Part shown: positions 23,592 to 31,305 of the stretch, piece by piece | Layout of the letters: each line of letters starts with the position of its first letter | How positions within the stretch are numbered: the stretch's first letter is position 1 | Origin: a virus | Virus record (IMG/VR): IMGVR_UViG_3300025860_000002 | DNA: 32,221 bases | Strand: one strand, 5' to 3' | Translations under genes and position numbers: made by a program | Notes under the pieces: model-generated | What the model was told of the DNA's origin: nothing | Seen by the model: only the letters and a program-made list of their open reading frames with translations | Database searches by the model: none

Positions 23592-24772
23592 GTAAGCTCG
23601 AAGATTACGCGAAGACTGAGCGCCAGAGAGAAGTCACCAAAATCTGGGAGAGCTGCGATCGTAATTCTCGCAAAGCTGCTCAGGCTCTCGGGATAACTCA
23701 CGCCACAGTTCGCAACATAGTCACAACGGTAAAAGGCGCTGCGGCTGCGGCCGGGTTCAGCGATGCGTGGGATGCGACCGAACACGTCCCGGAGGGCGAG
23801 TACGTCACCGGGCGCTCGATATATCTCGAAGACGACTCAGGCAATAAGGCGTGGCTAAAGACCCGGCGCAAGCTGGAGACAGCAGAGAAAGAGCAAGCGC
23901 TAAAAGCATTCGTCGAGCAGTTGAACTCGCAGGTAGTTCAGGCGAAAAAGACCCATAAGCCGTCCGCTAAGGGTAAATCTAAGGATTTATTACCGACCAT
24001 CATAATCGGCGATGCGCATATCGGTATGAGGGCTGAGGCATCCGAGACGCGCGATAGAGACTTCAACTCGCAAGTTGCATCTGCCGAGCTACTGGGAGCT
24101 ATCGACTATCTGGTCGACGCAGCTCCAGCGTGCGAAGAAGCGATGCTGATTAACGTCGGCGATTTCATGCACGCGAACTCCCACAAAAACACGACAGCAA
24201 ATCTCACGCCGCTAGATGTCGATCAGCGTATCGAGAGCGTAATGCGCATCGCTGCGGACACAATGATTCACGCGATAACCCGGATATTGGAGAAGCACTC
24301 GAAAGTCTCGGTGGTTATGGCCCGGGGCAATCACGATTCAGACACTGCGATCGCCATTGCGATGGTTCTGGGCTACCGATACGCCAAAGAGCCGAGAGTG
24401 ACCATTCTGGAGCCGCAGGGCTTCCATACTTACACTACGTTCGGGAAGAACCTAATCGCGGTCACACACGGCGACAAAGCGCCGAGCCGTAGACTGGCTG
24501 ACGTACTGCCGAGATTGAGCGTCTGGTCAAAGACGAGCCATCGATACTGGATACTCGGACACTTCCACAGCAAGCTCGCGGAGCAGTTCGATAACTCGGT
24601 AGTGATCGAAAGGTTCGGGACGCTCGCTCCCAGCGATTCTTGGCACGCATCAAAATTTTATAAGTCGCCGAGCATAATGAATCAGATCGTCTACCGTCGA
24701 AGCGGCGGGATAGCCATCCGGCACGAGTACGAGATCCCCGGCAACGATTACGAGCCAGATCACGAAATCTGA
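23588..24772 (+). CDS. N-terminal HTH domain fused to a calcineurin-like metallophosphoesterase (Mre11/SbcD-like motif set)
   Basis: HTH RKAAQALGITHATVRNIV. Phosphoesterase motifs GDAH, VGDFMH, RGNHD, VTHGD and LGHFH appear in canonical order. Confidence 0.75.
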   Translation: MSKLEDYAKTERQREVTKIWESCDRNSRKAAQALGITHATVRNIVTTVKGAAAAAGFSDAWDATEHVPEGEYVTGRSIYLEDDSGNKAWLKTRRKLETAEKEQALKAFVEQLNSQVVQAKKTHKPSAKGKSKDLLPTIIIGDAHIGMRAEASETRDRDFNSQVASAELLGAIDYLVDAAPACEEAMLINVGDFMHANSHKNTTANLTPLDVDQRIESVMRIAADTMIHAITRILEKHSKVSVVMARGNHDSDTAIAIAMVLGYRYAKEPRVTILEPQGFHTYTTFGKNLIAVTHGDKAPSRRLADVLPRLSVWSKTSHRYWILGHFHSKLAEQFDNSVVIERFGTLAPSDSWHASKFYKSPSIMNQIVYRRSGGIAIRHEYEIPGNDYEPDHEI

Positions 24773-24792
24773 CATAATTATCGGCTTCTATG

Positions 24793-24801
24793 TGTTAAAA
24801 T
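24793..24801 (+). promoter_or_regulatory. Extended -10 promoter element TGtTAAAAT
   Basis: tgTGtTAAAAT lies in the 51-nt gap before gene 24824. Confidence 0.4.
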
Positions 24802-24823
24802 CGGAGCAAAAGGATTCAACGTA

Positions 24824-25105
24824 ATGGCTAAAGACCCCAGACTCACGAAATACGGTCTCGAAGGCTATAACAAGCCGAAGAAGACTCCCGGGCACTCGAC
24901 GAAGAGCCACGTCGTGCTCGCCAAAGATGGCGACGACGTAAAGCTAATCCGGTTCGGACAGCAGGGCGTGAAGGGTTCGCCGCCGAGAAAGAACGAAAGC
25001 GATGCAGATAAAGCTCGACGGGCGTCATTCAAAGCCCGGCACGAGAAGAATATCCGTAAAGGCAAGATGAGCGGCGCTTACTGGGCCAATCGCGTGAAGT
25101 GGTAA
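24824..25105 (+). CDS. conserved basic phage protein of unknown function (93 aa)
   Basis: NKPKKTPGHSTKSHVVLAK...IRFG...ARRASFKARH..NI..GKMSGAYWANRVKW, a pattern I recall from many marine phages. Confidence 0.7.
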   Translation: MAKDPRLTKYGLEGYNKPKKTPGHSTKSHVVLAKDGDDVKLIRFGQQGVKGSPPRKNESDADKARRASFKARHEKNIRKGKMSGAYWANRVKW

Positions 25106-25106
25106 A

Positions 25107-25301
25107 ATGACTAAATACGATCCGGCCGAAATCATTCTTTCGATTGTCTACTACAGCGGCGGCTCTTATTCGCCCGAAGAGATTGTCGAGATTATGGAGA
25201 CGATCGCAATGTATCAGCCAGAAGCTATGACAGAGAAGCGCACTGCCGCCGGACTCCGCATCGTCCCAATCAATACGAACGAGTATGTATTCGATGACTG
25301 A
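25107..25301 (+). CDS. hypothetical protein (64 aa)
   Basis: Tightly packed ORF starting 2 nt after the upstream stop. Confidence 0.5.
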   Translation: MTKYDPAEIILSIVYYSGGSYSPEEIVEIMETIAMYQPEAMTEKRTAAGLRIVPINTNEYVFDD

Positions 25302-25536
25302 CGCAGAACTGGAACTCATGATCGACCGAGCAGCAAAGAAGGGCGCAAGAGAAGCTCTTCGGGATATCGGGCTTTACGACGACGACGCTCGGGACGACGT
25401 GAGAGAGATTCGCTCGCTGCTCGAAGCATGGCGAGATACAAAGCGTACAGTCGGGCAGACAGTTGCTCGCTTCTTTACAATGGCACTTCTCGCTCTTTTA
25501 GCGGCTGGCGCATATATGGAGTTAGGCGATAAATGA
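25285..25536 (+). CDS. small membrane protein (C-terminal TM; start 25285 or 25294)
   Basis: Charged N-terminal half followed by FFTMALLALLAAGAYM. Confidence 0.55.
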   Translation: MYSMTDAELELMIDRAAKKGAREALRDIGLYDDDARDDVREIRSLLEAWRDTKRTVGQTVARFFTMALLALLAAGAYMELGDK

Positions 25537-26270
25537 GCGAATATACTAATCTAAACCCGTCCGGGAACACCGGATTCGACATTGCCCGGCTGAACATCGC
25601 CGAAGCGACTCCAGTTAATCTCTTCGGATATAACGCGGTCGTCGGCACTGACTACGAGACTCTCTGGAACGTCGGCGGCAAGTACCCGATAAACGCCACA
25701 GAGGGCACTCTGAGCGTCGTTAGCAGCGCGGCAGGGGATTCGTCCAAGCGAGTGCTAATTCAGGGCGTAGACGGCGAATTTAAGGCCGTGTCGCAGGTCG
25801 TGACGCTAGATGCTACCGATGCGACGACTCCGGTAGTAAGCACGGTCGAATTCATGCGAGTGAATCAAGCGATCCTGCTCGATGGCGAGAATGCCGGAAA
25901 CATTACGGTCACCAGAGGCGCATCGACTCTCGGGTATATCGCCATCGGCGAAGGAATCTCTCAGGCGTGCCAGTACACAGTGCCGGAGGGATATTCGCTC
26001 TACATCTTCCGAATTACTCTTAACTCGGCAACGGCGAACGGTAATAAATATATTCGCTTCCGTAACGTGACGCAGAATAAAGACGGCCGCGTGATTAGAG
26101 TGGCCCGGGCAACGACTGCGACTTCGCAGGTTCAATACGACCGCCAGATACCATTCCGAATCGATGAATGCACATACTTCGAATTTGAAGCTCAATCCAG
26201 TTCTAGCGATAACGAAGTCGCCATATTCGTCGAATGCGTGCTACTCAAGAACCCGTGGGGGCGTGACTAA
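25533..26270 (+). CDS. beta-rich conserved hypothetical protein (245 aa), possibly virion-associated
   Basis: ATGA coupling. Beta-sandwich-like sequence ([21 protein letters not shown]...[10 protein letters not shown]...IQGVDG...). No catalytic motif recognised. Confidence 0.6.
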   Translation: MSEYTNLNPSGNTGFDIARLNIAEATPVNLFGYNAVVGTDYETLWNVGGKYPINATEGTLSVVSSAAGDSSKRVLIQGVDGEFKAVSQVVTLDATDATTPVVSTVEFMRVNQAILLDGENAGNITVTRGASTLGYIAIGEGISQACQYTVPEGYSLYIFRITLNSATANGNKYIRFRNVTQNKDGRVIRVARATTATSQVQYDRQIPFRIDECTYFEFEAQSSSSDNEVAIFVECVLLKNPWGRD

Positions 26271-26410
26271 TGCCATTAAAGAAAGGATACGGAAAGAAAA
26301 CCATCTCTTCGAATATCAAAAAAGAGATGAAATCAGGAAAAAGCCAGAAGCAAGCAGTAGCAATCGCGCTCTCATCTGCGCGTAAATCAAAGCCAAAAAA
26401 GAAGGGGTAA
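26270..26410 (+). CDS. small basic conserved protein (46 aa), absent from the ORF track
   Basis: TAATG coupling. Product [46 protein letters not shown], where the KQAVAIALS motif is a pattern I recall from small phage and bacterial proteins. Confidence 0.6.
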   Translation: MPLKKGYGKKTISSNIKKEMKSGKSQKQAVAIALSSARKSKPKKKG

Positions 26411-26413
26411 ATC

Positions 26414-26671
26414 ATGGGTAAGTTAAAACTAGCATTCGAGATCGCGCAGTTCGTTCTGTTTCTAATCTCGTCAATCAAAGATCTAGTCCTACAAGCCGAA
26501 GAGCAGATGCCGGAAGCTGGCAAAGGCTCGGAGAAGTTCGCAGCGGTAAAAGAAGCGATTCTGACAGCGGCAAAGTATGCCGACATAGCAGACGAAGCTA
26601 TCGAGAAAGCTGACGATTTCGTCGACAATCACATCGAAGCGGCAGTTCAGAAGTTCATAAATGCCAGCTAA
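26414..26671 (+). CDS. holin-like small membrane protein (LLH-type pattern)
   Basis: N-terminal TM AFEIAQFVLFLISSI followed by an amphipathic charged domain. Immediately upstream of and overlapping the endolysin gene. Confidence 0.5.
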   Translation: MGKLKLAFEIAQFVLFLISSIKDLVLQAEEQMPEAGKGSEKFAAVKEAILTAAKYADIADEAIEKADDFVDNHIEAAVQKFINAS

Positions 26672-27062
26672 ACTTGCTTATCGGAACTTCACGCGCAGCG
26701 AATTCCGCTGCAAGTGTGGCAAATGCGACTCGACCGGGCACGAGATCTCGGACGAGTTGCTGGACGCACTGCAAGCGCTGCGCACGATCTGCGAGTTTCC
26801 GTTCGTTATTAGTTCCGGCTATCGCTGCCCGTCACATCCTGCCGAGAAGAATAAAGATTTCGTCGGCGCTCACGGCTGCGGTCTAGCAGTAGATATCGCA
26901 GTCAGTTACGAAGAAGCTATTCAACTGCTAAAGCACGCACTCAATATCGGGCTATTCACCGGGATCGGAGTCAATCAGAAGGGCGACGGCCGATTCATCC
27001 ATCTGGACATTGCGACCGACATGGACGTAAACGCTCCCAGACCGCATATCTGGACTTATTAA
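26661..27062 (+). CDS. endolysin, peptidase M15 family (zinc D-Ala-D-Ala / L-Ala-D-Glu peptidase fold)
   Basis: FTRSEFRC...LLDALQALR...PFVISSGYRCPSH....AHGCGLAVDI...FIHLD, the characteristic H-D-H zinc motif arrangement. Confidence 0.85.
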   Translation: MPAKLAYRNFTRSEFRCKCGKCDSTGHEISDELLDALQALRTICEFPFVISSGYRCPSHPAEKNKDFVGAHGCGLAVDIAVSYEEAIQLLKHALNIGLFTGIGVNQKGDGRFIHLDIATDMDVNAPRPHIWTY

Positions 27063-27092
27063 CAATCCCGCCACAATTCCGCATCAATATAG

Positions 27093-27120
27093 TTGCGCAT
27101 TAATCTCATTTTAGTATAAT
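27093..27120 (+). promoter_or_regulatory. Sigma-70-type promoter for the recombination operon
   Basis: TTGCGC (27093-27098), 16-nt spacer, TATAAT (27115-27120). Lies in the 103-nt gap before gene 27166. Confidence 0.6.
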
Positions 27121-27165
27121 CGCCGAACGACTGGCATTCCGCTGGTCTAAATCGGGAGATTTAAA

Positions 27166-27795
27166 ATGAGCGAAAAGACGACATTCGCGTCCATCTGGGC
27201 GACGCTATCGCAGGTCGACGTATCCGGCCGCATCGAGAAAAAACAGAATCTCAGTTTTCTGAGCTGGTCATGGGCATGGGGCACTCTTATGGAGCATTAC
27301 CCGCAAGCCGAGTATTCCTTCCAAGAACCCGCAGAGGCGCAAAGAGACGGCTCTGTCATGGTTTACTGCACCGTGACAATCGACGGTCTCTCTCGCCAAA
27401 TGTGGCTCCCAGTAATGGACTTTAAGAATCAGGCGATCTCGAACCCAGATGTCGTTCAGGTGAATAAGGCGAAGATGCGCTGTCTCGTTAAGTGTCTAGC
27501 GATGTTCGGTCTCGGTCACTACATCTACGCGGGCGAAGATCTGCCGAGCGCAGAAGCCGATAAAGCCGCCGAGAAGATGAAGCAGCAGCAGAACCCGCCG
27601 AAGATGAACGACGAGACTCACGCCGAGATTGTTAAGCTAATGGCTTCGACTAAAGCGGATGAGAGCGAGTTTCTAAAATACTTTAAAGTCGATAGTATCT
27701 CTGATCTGACTCAGCCGCACGCCGAGATCGCGCTGCAAAAACTTCACGTTAAGCAGAACACGATCGAAATGGTCTATCAGGACAAAGATAAATGA
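27166..27795 (+). CDS. Rad52-like single-strand annealing protein (Sak / DUF1071 type)
   Basis: LSFLSWSWAWGTLMEHYPQAEY...MWLPVMD...KCLAMFGLGHYIYAGEDLP is the typical Sak/Rad52-family signature. Confidence 0.8.
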   Translation: MSEKTTFASIWATLSQVDVSGRIEKKQNLSFLSWSWAWGTLMEHYPQAEYSFQEPAEAQRDGSVMVYCTVTIDGLSRQMWLPVMDFKNQAISNPDVVQVNKAKMRCLVKCLAMFGLGHYIYAGEDLPSAEADKAAEKMKQQQNPPKMNDETHAEIVKLMASTKADESEFLKYFKVDSISDLTQPHAEIALQKLHVKQNTIEMVYQDKDK

Positions 27796-28121
27796 ACGAC
27801 GACGAGAAGATTCTATACGCAGACGAGATTGCTCAACTGCTAGAGATCAGCGTCGAAGAGCTGCACGAAAATATGGAGAACTATGCGGTATTCATCTCTG
27901 ACTACCAGCATTTTCATCAAGCAATCGAAGCGATGCAGGAAGATCTGGAGCAGTTCGATCAGATCGAACACCGAGTCAAGCGCTTGGCACTGCTAGTGAC
28001 TTACTTCACAGCAGATTGGAAGGATTTCGAGCGAAGCTATTTCGTCGACATCTGCAAACACATCGAAAGCAAATACACGGGAGAAGAAGATGCGCATATT
28101 GCCACACGAACAACGCACTGA
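27792..28121 (+). CDS. acidic hypothetical protein (109 aa) between the annealase and exonuclease genes
   Basis: ATGA coupling. Glu/Asp-rich helical sequence. Confidence 0.6.
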   Translation: MNDDEKILYADEIAQLLEISVEELHENMENYAVFISDYQHFHQAIEAMQEDLEQFDQIEHRVKRLALLVTYFTADWKDFERSYFVDICKHIESKYTGEEDAHIATRTTH

Positions 28122-28692
28122 GGGCTGGTACGCAGCTCGCAGAGGAGTGCCGACCAGCAGCTCATTCGGGCGTCTAATTACGGCTACCGGGAAGCGAGCC
28201 GCGTCTGCCGATGCTTATATCGACGAACTGATCGCTGAGAAGCTCACCGGGCAGTCGAAATTCTTTCCAACGACCGCAGCGATGCAGCACGGGATCGACA
28301 CGGAGCCGAAAGCACGCGAGTATTACGAATTCATGTACGAGCGTCAGGTCGTCGAATGCGGTCTCTGTTTGCACGACAATATCAACGCCGGAGCTAGTCC
28401 GGACGGGCTGGTAGGAGATGAGGGGATGCTGGAGATAAAGTGCCCGCAGCCGCACACGATGGTGAAGTATCTGCGCGAGAACAGACTCCCGCCGGAGTAC
28501 AAAGCGCAGGTAATGGGCCAGCTCTGGATCTGCGAGAGACAGTGGGTAGACTTTCTGGCCTATCACGAAAAGATCAAACCGCTACTTATTCGAGTCACGC
28601 GGGATGAAGAGTATATCGCTGAACTCGAAGCGATAGTCACCAAAGCCGTCGAGACAATCGACGAAAATGTAACCAAGATGAAGGGGAAGTAA
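28090..28692 (+). CDS. YqaJ-type (lambda Exo-like, PD-(D/E)XK) recombination exonuclease
   Basis: EQRTEGWYAARRGVPTSSSF...ASPDGLV...MLEIKCP motif set. Confidence 0.85.
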   Translation: MRILPHEQRTEGWYAARRGVPTSSSFGRLITATGKRAASADAYIDELIAEKLTGQSKFFPTTAAMQHGIDTEPKAREYYEFMYERQVVECGLCLHDNINAGASPDGLVGDEGMLEIKCPQPHTMVKYLRENRLPPEYKAQVMGQLWICERQWVDFLAYHEKIKPLLIRVTRDEEYIAELEAIVTKAVETIDENVTKMKGK

Positions 28693-28694
28693 AA

Positions 28695-28946
28695 ATGAAT
28701 GAATATAATAACAACATGAAGGGCGGTCTATGGAAGCACGAACAGCGTCACGATCAAGATATGGTGCTGAAGGGCGACTGCGAGATCGACGGAAAGACTT
28801 ACTGGGTGAATGTGTTCCGCAATAAAAGCGACCATGAGAGATCGCCATCGTTCGATCTGAAGTTTAAAGCGAAGGACGCTCCAGTTGAAAAACCGCAACA
28901 AAAAAGCGACAATAACGAAACATTCGGGGACGATATACCGTTCTAG
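28695..28946 (+). CDS. 83-aa protein ending in the SSB C-terminal tip motif (..GDDIPF); mini-SSB or SSB-tip mimic
   Basis: AAGGGGA SD. Terminal residues ETFGDDIPF match the bacterial SSB tip DDDIPF. The N-terminal domain is only about 60 aa. Occupies the ssb position of Sak-type modules. Confidence 0.65.
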   Translation: MNEYNNNMKGGLWKHEQRHDQDMVLKGDCEIDGKTYWVNVFRNKSDHERSPSFDLKFKAKDAPVEKPQQKSDNNETFGDDIPF

Positions 28947-28950
28947 CATG

Positions 28951-28988
28951 AAAAAAGCCCGGTGCAGAAGCTAATAACTGCACCGGGC
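28951..28988 (-). terminator. 11-bp perfect hairpin whose U-tract lies on the minus strand (A6 upstream on the + strand)
   Basis: GCCCGGTGCAG (28957-28967), 10-nt loop, CTGCACCGGGC (28978-28988). AAAAAA at 28951-28956. The + strand downstream is AATACTCTT, which is only weakly U-rich. Confidence 0.55.
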
Positions 28989-29015
28989 AATACTCTTACT
29001 TCGGGGAAAGTAACA

Positions 29016-29252
29016 ATGAGCAAGAATACTATGTCACAAAAGGTCGATTTCGGCAAAGCGATCCGGGCAGCGCAAGCTGGCTCGCATACGCGGATTTCCG
29101 ATATAGCAAAAGAAATCGGAGTCGCTCCGCAGCAAGTCTCTCGCTGGCAGAAAAGCGAAGACATAAAATTGTCTCGGGCCGTCGAAATTGCAGCGGTATT
29201 TAATCTCAGTCTCGTTGATTTTTTGGCTTTGTATCATGACGAACTATTATGA
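29016..29252 (+). CDS. small HTH DNA-binding regulator (Cro/XRE-like, 78 aa)
   Basis: GGGGAAAG SD. HTH ISDIAKEIGVAPQQVSRWQK. ATGA coupling to the primase gene. Confidence 0.7.
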   Translation: MSKNTMSQKVDFGKAIRAAQAGSHTRISDIAKEIGVAPQQVSRWQKSEDIKLSRAVEIAAVFNLSLVDFLALYHDELL

Positions 29253-30154
29253 ATGATCTAATGCAGCTCTCGCGCAATCGCTGGCAAGAGATTCTCGGAA
29301 GGCTCGGCATCGATCAAGCGCTGCTAAACGGTAAGCACGCGCCCTGCCCAATGTGCGGCGGCAAAGATCGATTCAGATTCACCAATCACAATGGCGACGG
29401 TAAATACTTTTGCAATCAGTGCGGCAACGGCTCCGGCTGGGATCTAGCGGCAGAGATTACCGGGATGAGCAAATCAGCGGTCGCGCAGGAGATCAAAGAG
29501 ATGGTCGGCGACATAAAGCCGAGCAAGCCAGTCGAACCAGATCTCGCCAAGAATAAGTCGCGTCTGGAATCTATCCGTCGCGGTCTCGATTACGAATCAC
29601 AGATAAACGCTAAGACTCTCTATCTGCGAAATCGCGGTCTGGCGAATTGCAAGAAAATCGGATTCCATCCCGGTCTCGAATACTGGGACGGCGGCAAGTC
29701 TCTCGGTAAGCATCCGGCGATGGTGTGTGTTTTTTCTGACAGGAACGGACTTCCGGCGACGATGCACGTCACATATTTGACAGCGAACGGACAGAAAGCG
29801 CTCGTTCCGTCTGCGAAGAAAATCATGCCGCCATGCAGACCGACAACTGGCGGCGCGATACGTCTCACAAACATTTACGCCGAGATGGGAATAGCCGAAG
29901 GCGTCGAGACAGCTCTGGCGGTCATGCACAAGTTCAAGATTCCGTGCTGGGCCGCTGCGACCGCTGGAATGCTGGAGAAGTTCGAGCCGCCGAGCCAAGT
30001 GGCGACGCTGCACATATTCGCAGACGCCGATAGATCGTTTACCGGGCAAGCAGTTGCATTCAATTTGGCAAAACGCTTGCACCGAGACATTGACTGCCGA
30101 GTTCATATACCCGGGCAGATTGGGACAGATTACGCGGATCAGATGGGAGACTGA
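29249..30154 (+). CDS. DNA primase (P4-alpha-like zinc ribbon plus TOPRIM domain)
   Basis: CPMCGGKDRFRF....GKYFCNQCG zinc ribbon. TOPRIM motifs IAEGVETALAV and IFADAD. Confidence 0.85.
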   Translation: MNDLMQLSRNRWQEILGRLGIDQALLNGKHAPCPMCGGKDRFRFTNHNGDGKYFCNQCGNGSGWDLAAEITGMSKSAVAQEIKEMVGDIKPSKPVEPDLAKNKSRLESIRRGLDYESQINAKTLYLRNRGLANCKKIGFHPGLEYWDGGKSLGKHPAMVCVFSDRNGLPATMHVTYLTANGQKALVPSAKKIMPPCRPTTGGAIRLTNIYAEMGIAEGVETALAVMHKFKIPCWAAATAGMLEKFEPPSQVATLHIFADADRSFTGQAVAFNLAKRLHRDIDCRVHIPGQIGTDYADQMGD

Positions 30155-30155
30155 T

Positions 30156-30563
30156 ATGGAAGGCTGGACGGTTAAAGATAAGAAATCAAAAGAGCTATTC
30201 GTCGCGCACATCGAAGAGCTATTCGAGAAGCACGGGCACATCGCCATTCAGTACAGCACCGCAAAGCCGAGAACGATGGCGCAGAATAGCGCATTGCATC
30301 TCTGGCTCGGGCAGGTCGCGCAGACGCTAAACGACGCCGGGCTGGACATGAAAAAGACGCTGAAGCCGAACGTCGATATTCCGTGGACGGTAAACTCGGC
30401 AAAGGATCATCTCTGGCGACCAATTCAGCGGATAATGGTCGGCGAAGAGTCTACTAAAGACCCGGAGCGCGGCCAATATAGCAAGATTTACGAAACAATC
30501 TCTCGCCATCTGGCGCAAACGCATGGAATCAAAATACCGGAGTGGCCCAGTAAAAATGATTAA
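30156..30563 (+). CDS. ninB: NinB/Orf-family recombination mediator (135 aa)
   Basis: KPRTMAQNSALHLWLGQVAQ resembles lambda NinB RSLDQNRKLWACLGDVS. ATG 30156 lies 2 nt after the primase stop. Confidence 0.6.
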   Translation: MEGWTVKDKKSKELFVAHIEELFEKHGHIAIQYSTAKPRTMAQNSALHLWLGQVAQTLNDAGLDMKKTLKPNVDIPWTVNSAKDHLWRPIQRIMVGEESTKDPERGQYSKIYETISRHLAQTHGIKIPEWPSKND

Positions 30564-31074
30564 ATACCATATAACTCTGCCGTGGCTTAACTACGCTCAC
30601 ATAAAGCACACCAATAAAGCGTTTAATTCGACGACAATACTCCAGAACGGTTCCGGCCAGATCCCCGGGACAATTGGGGAAATGGCGTTTGGCAGATGGT
30701 TAATCGATCTGGATATAGACTTCGATTATTGCGCTGGAGAGTCATACGACTGCGACTTTATTGTTGGCGGGTATCGAATAGATATAAAGACCAAAAAGAC
30801 TCACGGAGAACCGCTGGAAGACTATACGGTGCGAATTCCACAGTCTCAGAGCGGGCAGGATTGCGATCTTTACGTCTTCACATACGCCAACGATCACGAT
30901 ATTTTCTTTCTCGGGTTCGCAGAAAAAACGGATTATTGGGAGGAAGTAGGGTTCCCGGTAAAAAAAGGAGATCTGACAGATAATTTCACCGAGAAGGTGG
31001 ACGCTCAGGTCGCCTATATTCGAGATCTCACCGATATGGAAAGGCTCGAAATCATTCTTCAAAATCGTAAATAA
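30556..31074 (+). CDS. PD-(D/E)XK-family nuclease (172 aa)
   Basis: GEMAF...YDCDF...YRIDIKTK gives an E / D / D-x-K arrangement. ATG 30556 overlaps the upstream stop. The ORF-track start 30523 is the alternative. Confidence 0.6.
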   Translation: MIKYHITLPWLNYAHIKHTNKAFNSTTILQNGSGQIPGTIGEMAFGRWLIDLDIDFDYCAGESYDCDFIVGGYRIDIKTKKTHGEPLEDYTVRIPQSQSGQDCDLYVFTYANDHDIFFLGFAEKTDYWEEVGFPVKKGDLTDNFTEKVDAQVAYIRDLTDMERLEIILQNRK

Positions 31075-31076
31075 GC

Positions 31077-31107
31077 AGGGGCGCTCTAATTGGATAGAAG
31101 CGCCCCT
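31077..31107 (+). terminator. 9-bp stem hairpin after the nuclease gene (no U-tract; module boundary element)
   Basis: AGGGGCGCT (31077-31085), 13-nt loop, AGCGCCCCT (31099-31107). Confidence 0.4.
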
Positions 31108-31122
31108 ATACTTGGAGGCACT

Positions 31123-31305
31123 ATGGCTGCTCACTTACTCGAACCAGTACACAAAGCCGAAGACCAATTGAAGATCGGGCTGGCTAATCTCGACCGCCAG
31201 CAGGTCAAAGAGACATATAACGAGCTGATCGCCGTCGAACTGGAGTTCTGGCGAAAGTATCTCAAGCCGTATGCAGACCATCTCGGTCTAAAAAATGCGG
31301 ACTAG
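31123..31305 (+). CDS. hypothetical protein (60 aa)
   Basis: GGAGG SD 6 nt before ATG 31123. The ORF-track start 31090 lies inside the hairpin. Confidence 0.55.
   Translation: MAAHLLEPVHKAEDQLKIGLANLDRQQVKETYNELIAVELEFWRKYLKPYADHLGLKNAD

Noticed and set aside
29016-29252. Small HTH gene as evidence of a lysogeny (CI/Cro) switch
   Set aside because: There is no integrase, excisionase, partition system or divergent repressor gene anywhere. The HTH gene is co-oriented with and coupled to the primase gene, so it more likely regulates replication genes.
29597-30247. 216-aa minus-strand ORF antisense to the primase gene (also 14489-14950 minus)
   Set aside because: The sense strand carries clear zinc-ribbon/TOPRIM (respectively HK97 gp10) motifs. 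The antisense translation is Cys/Arg/Ser-rich with no motif.
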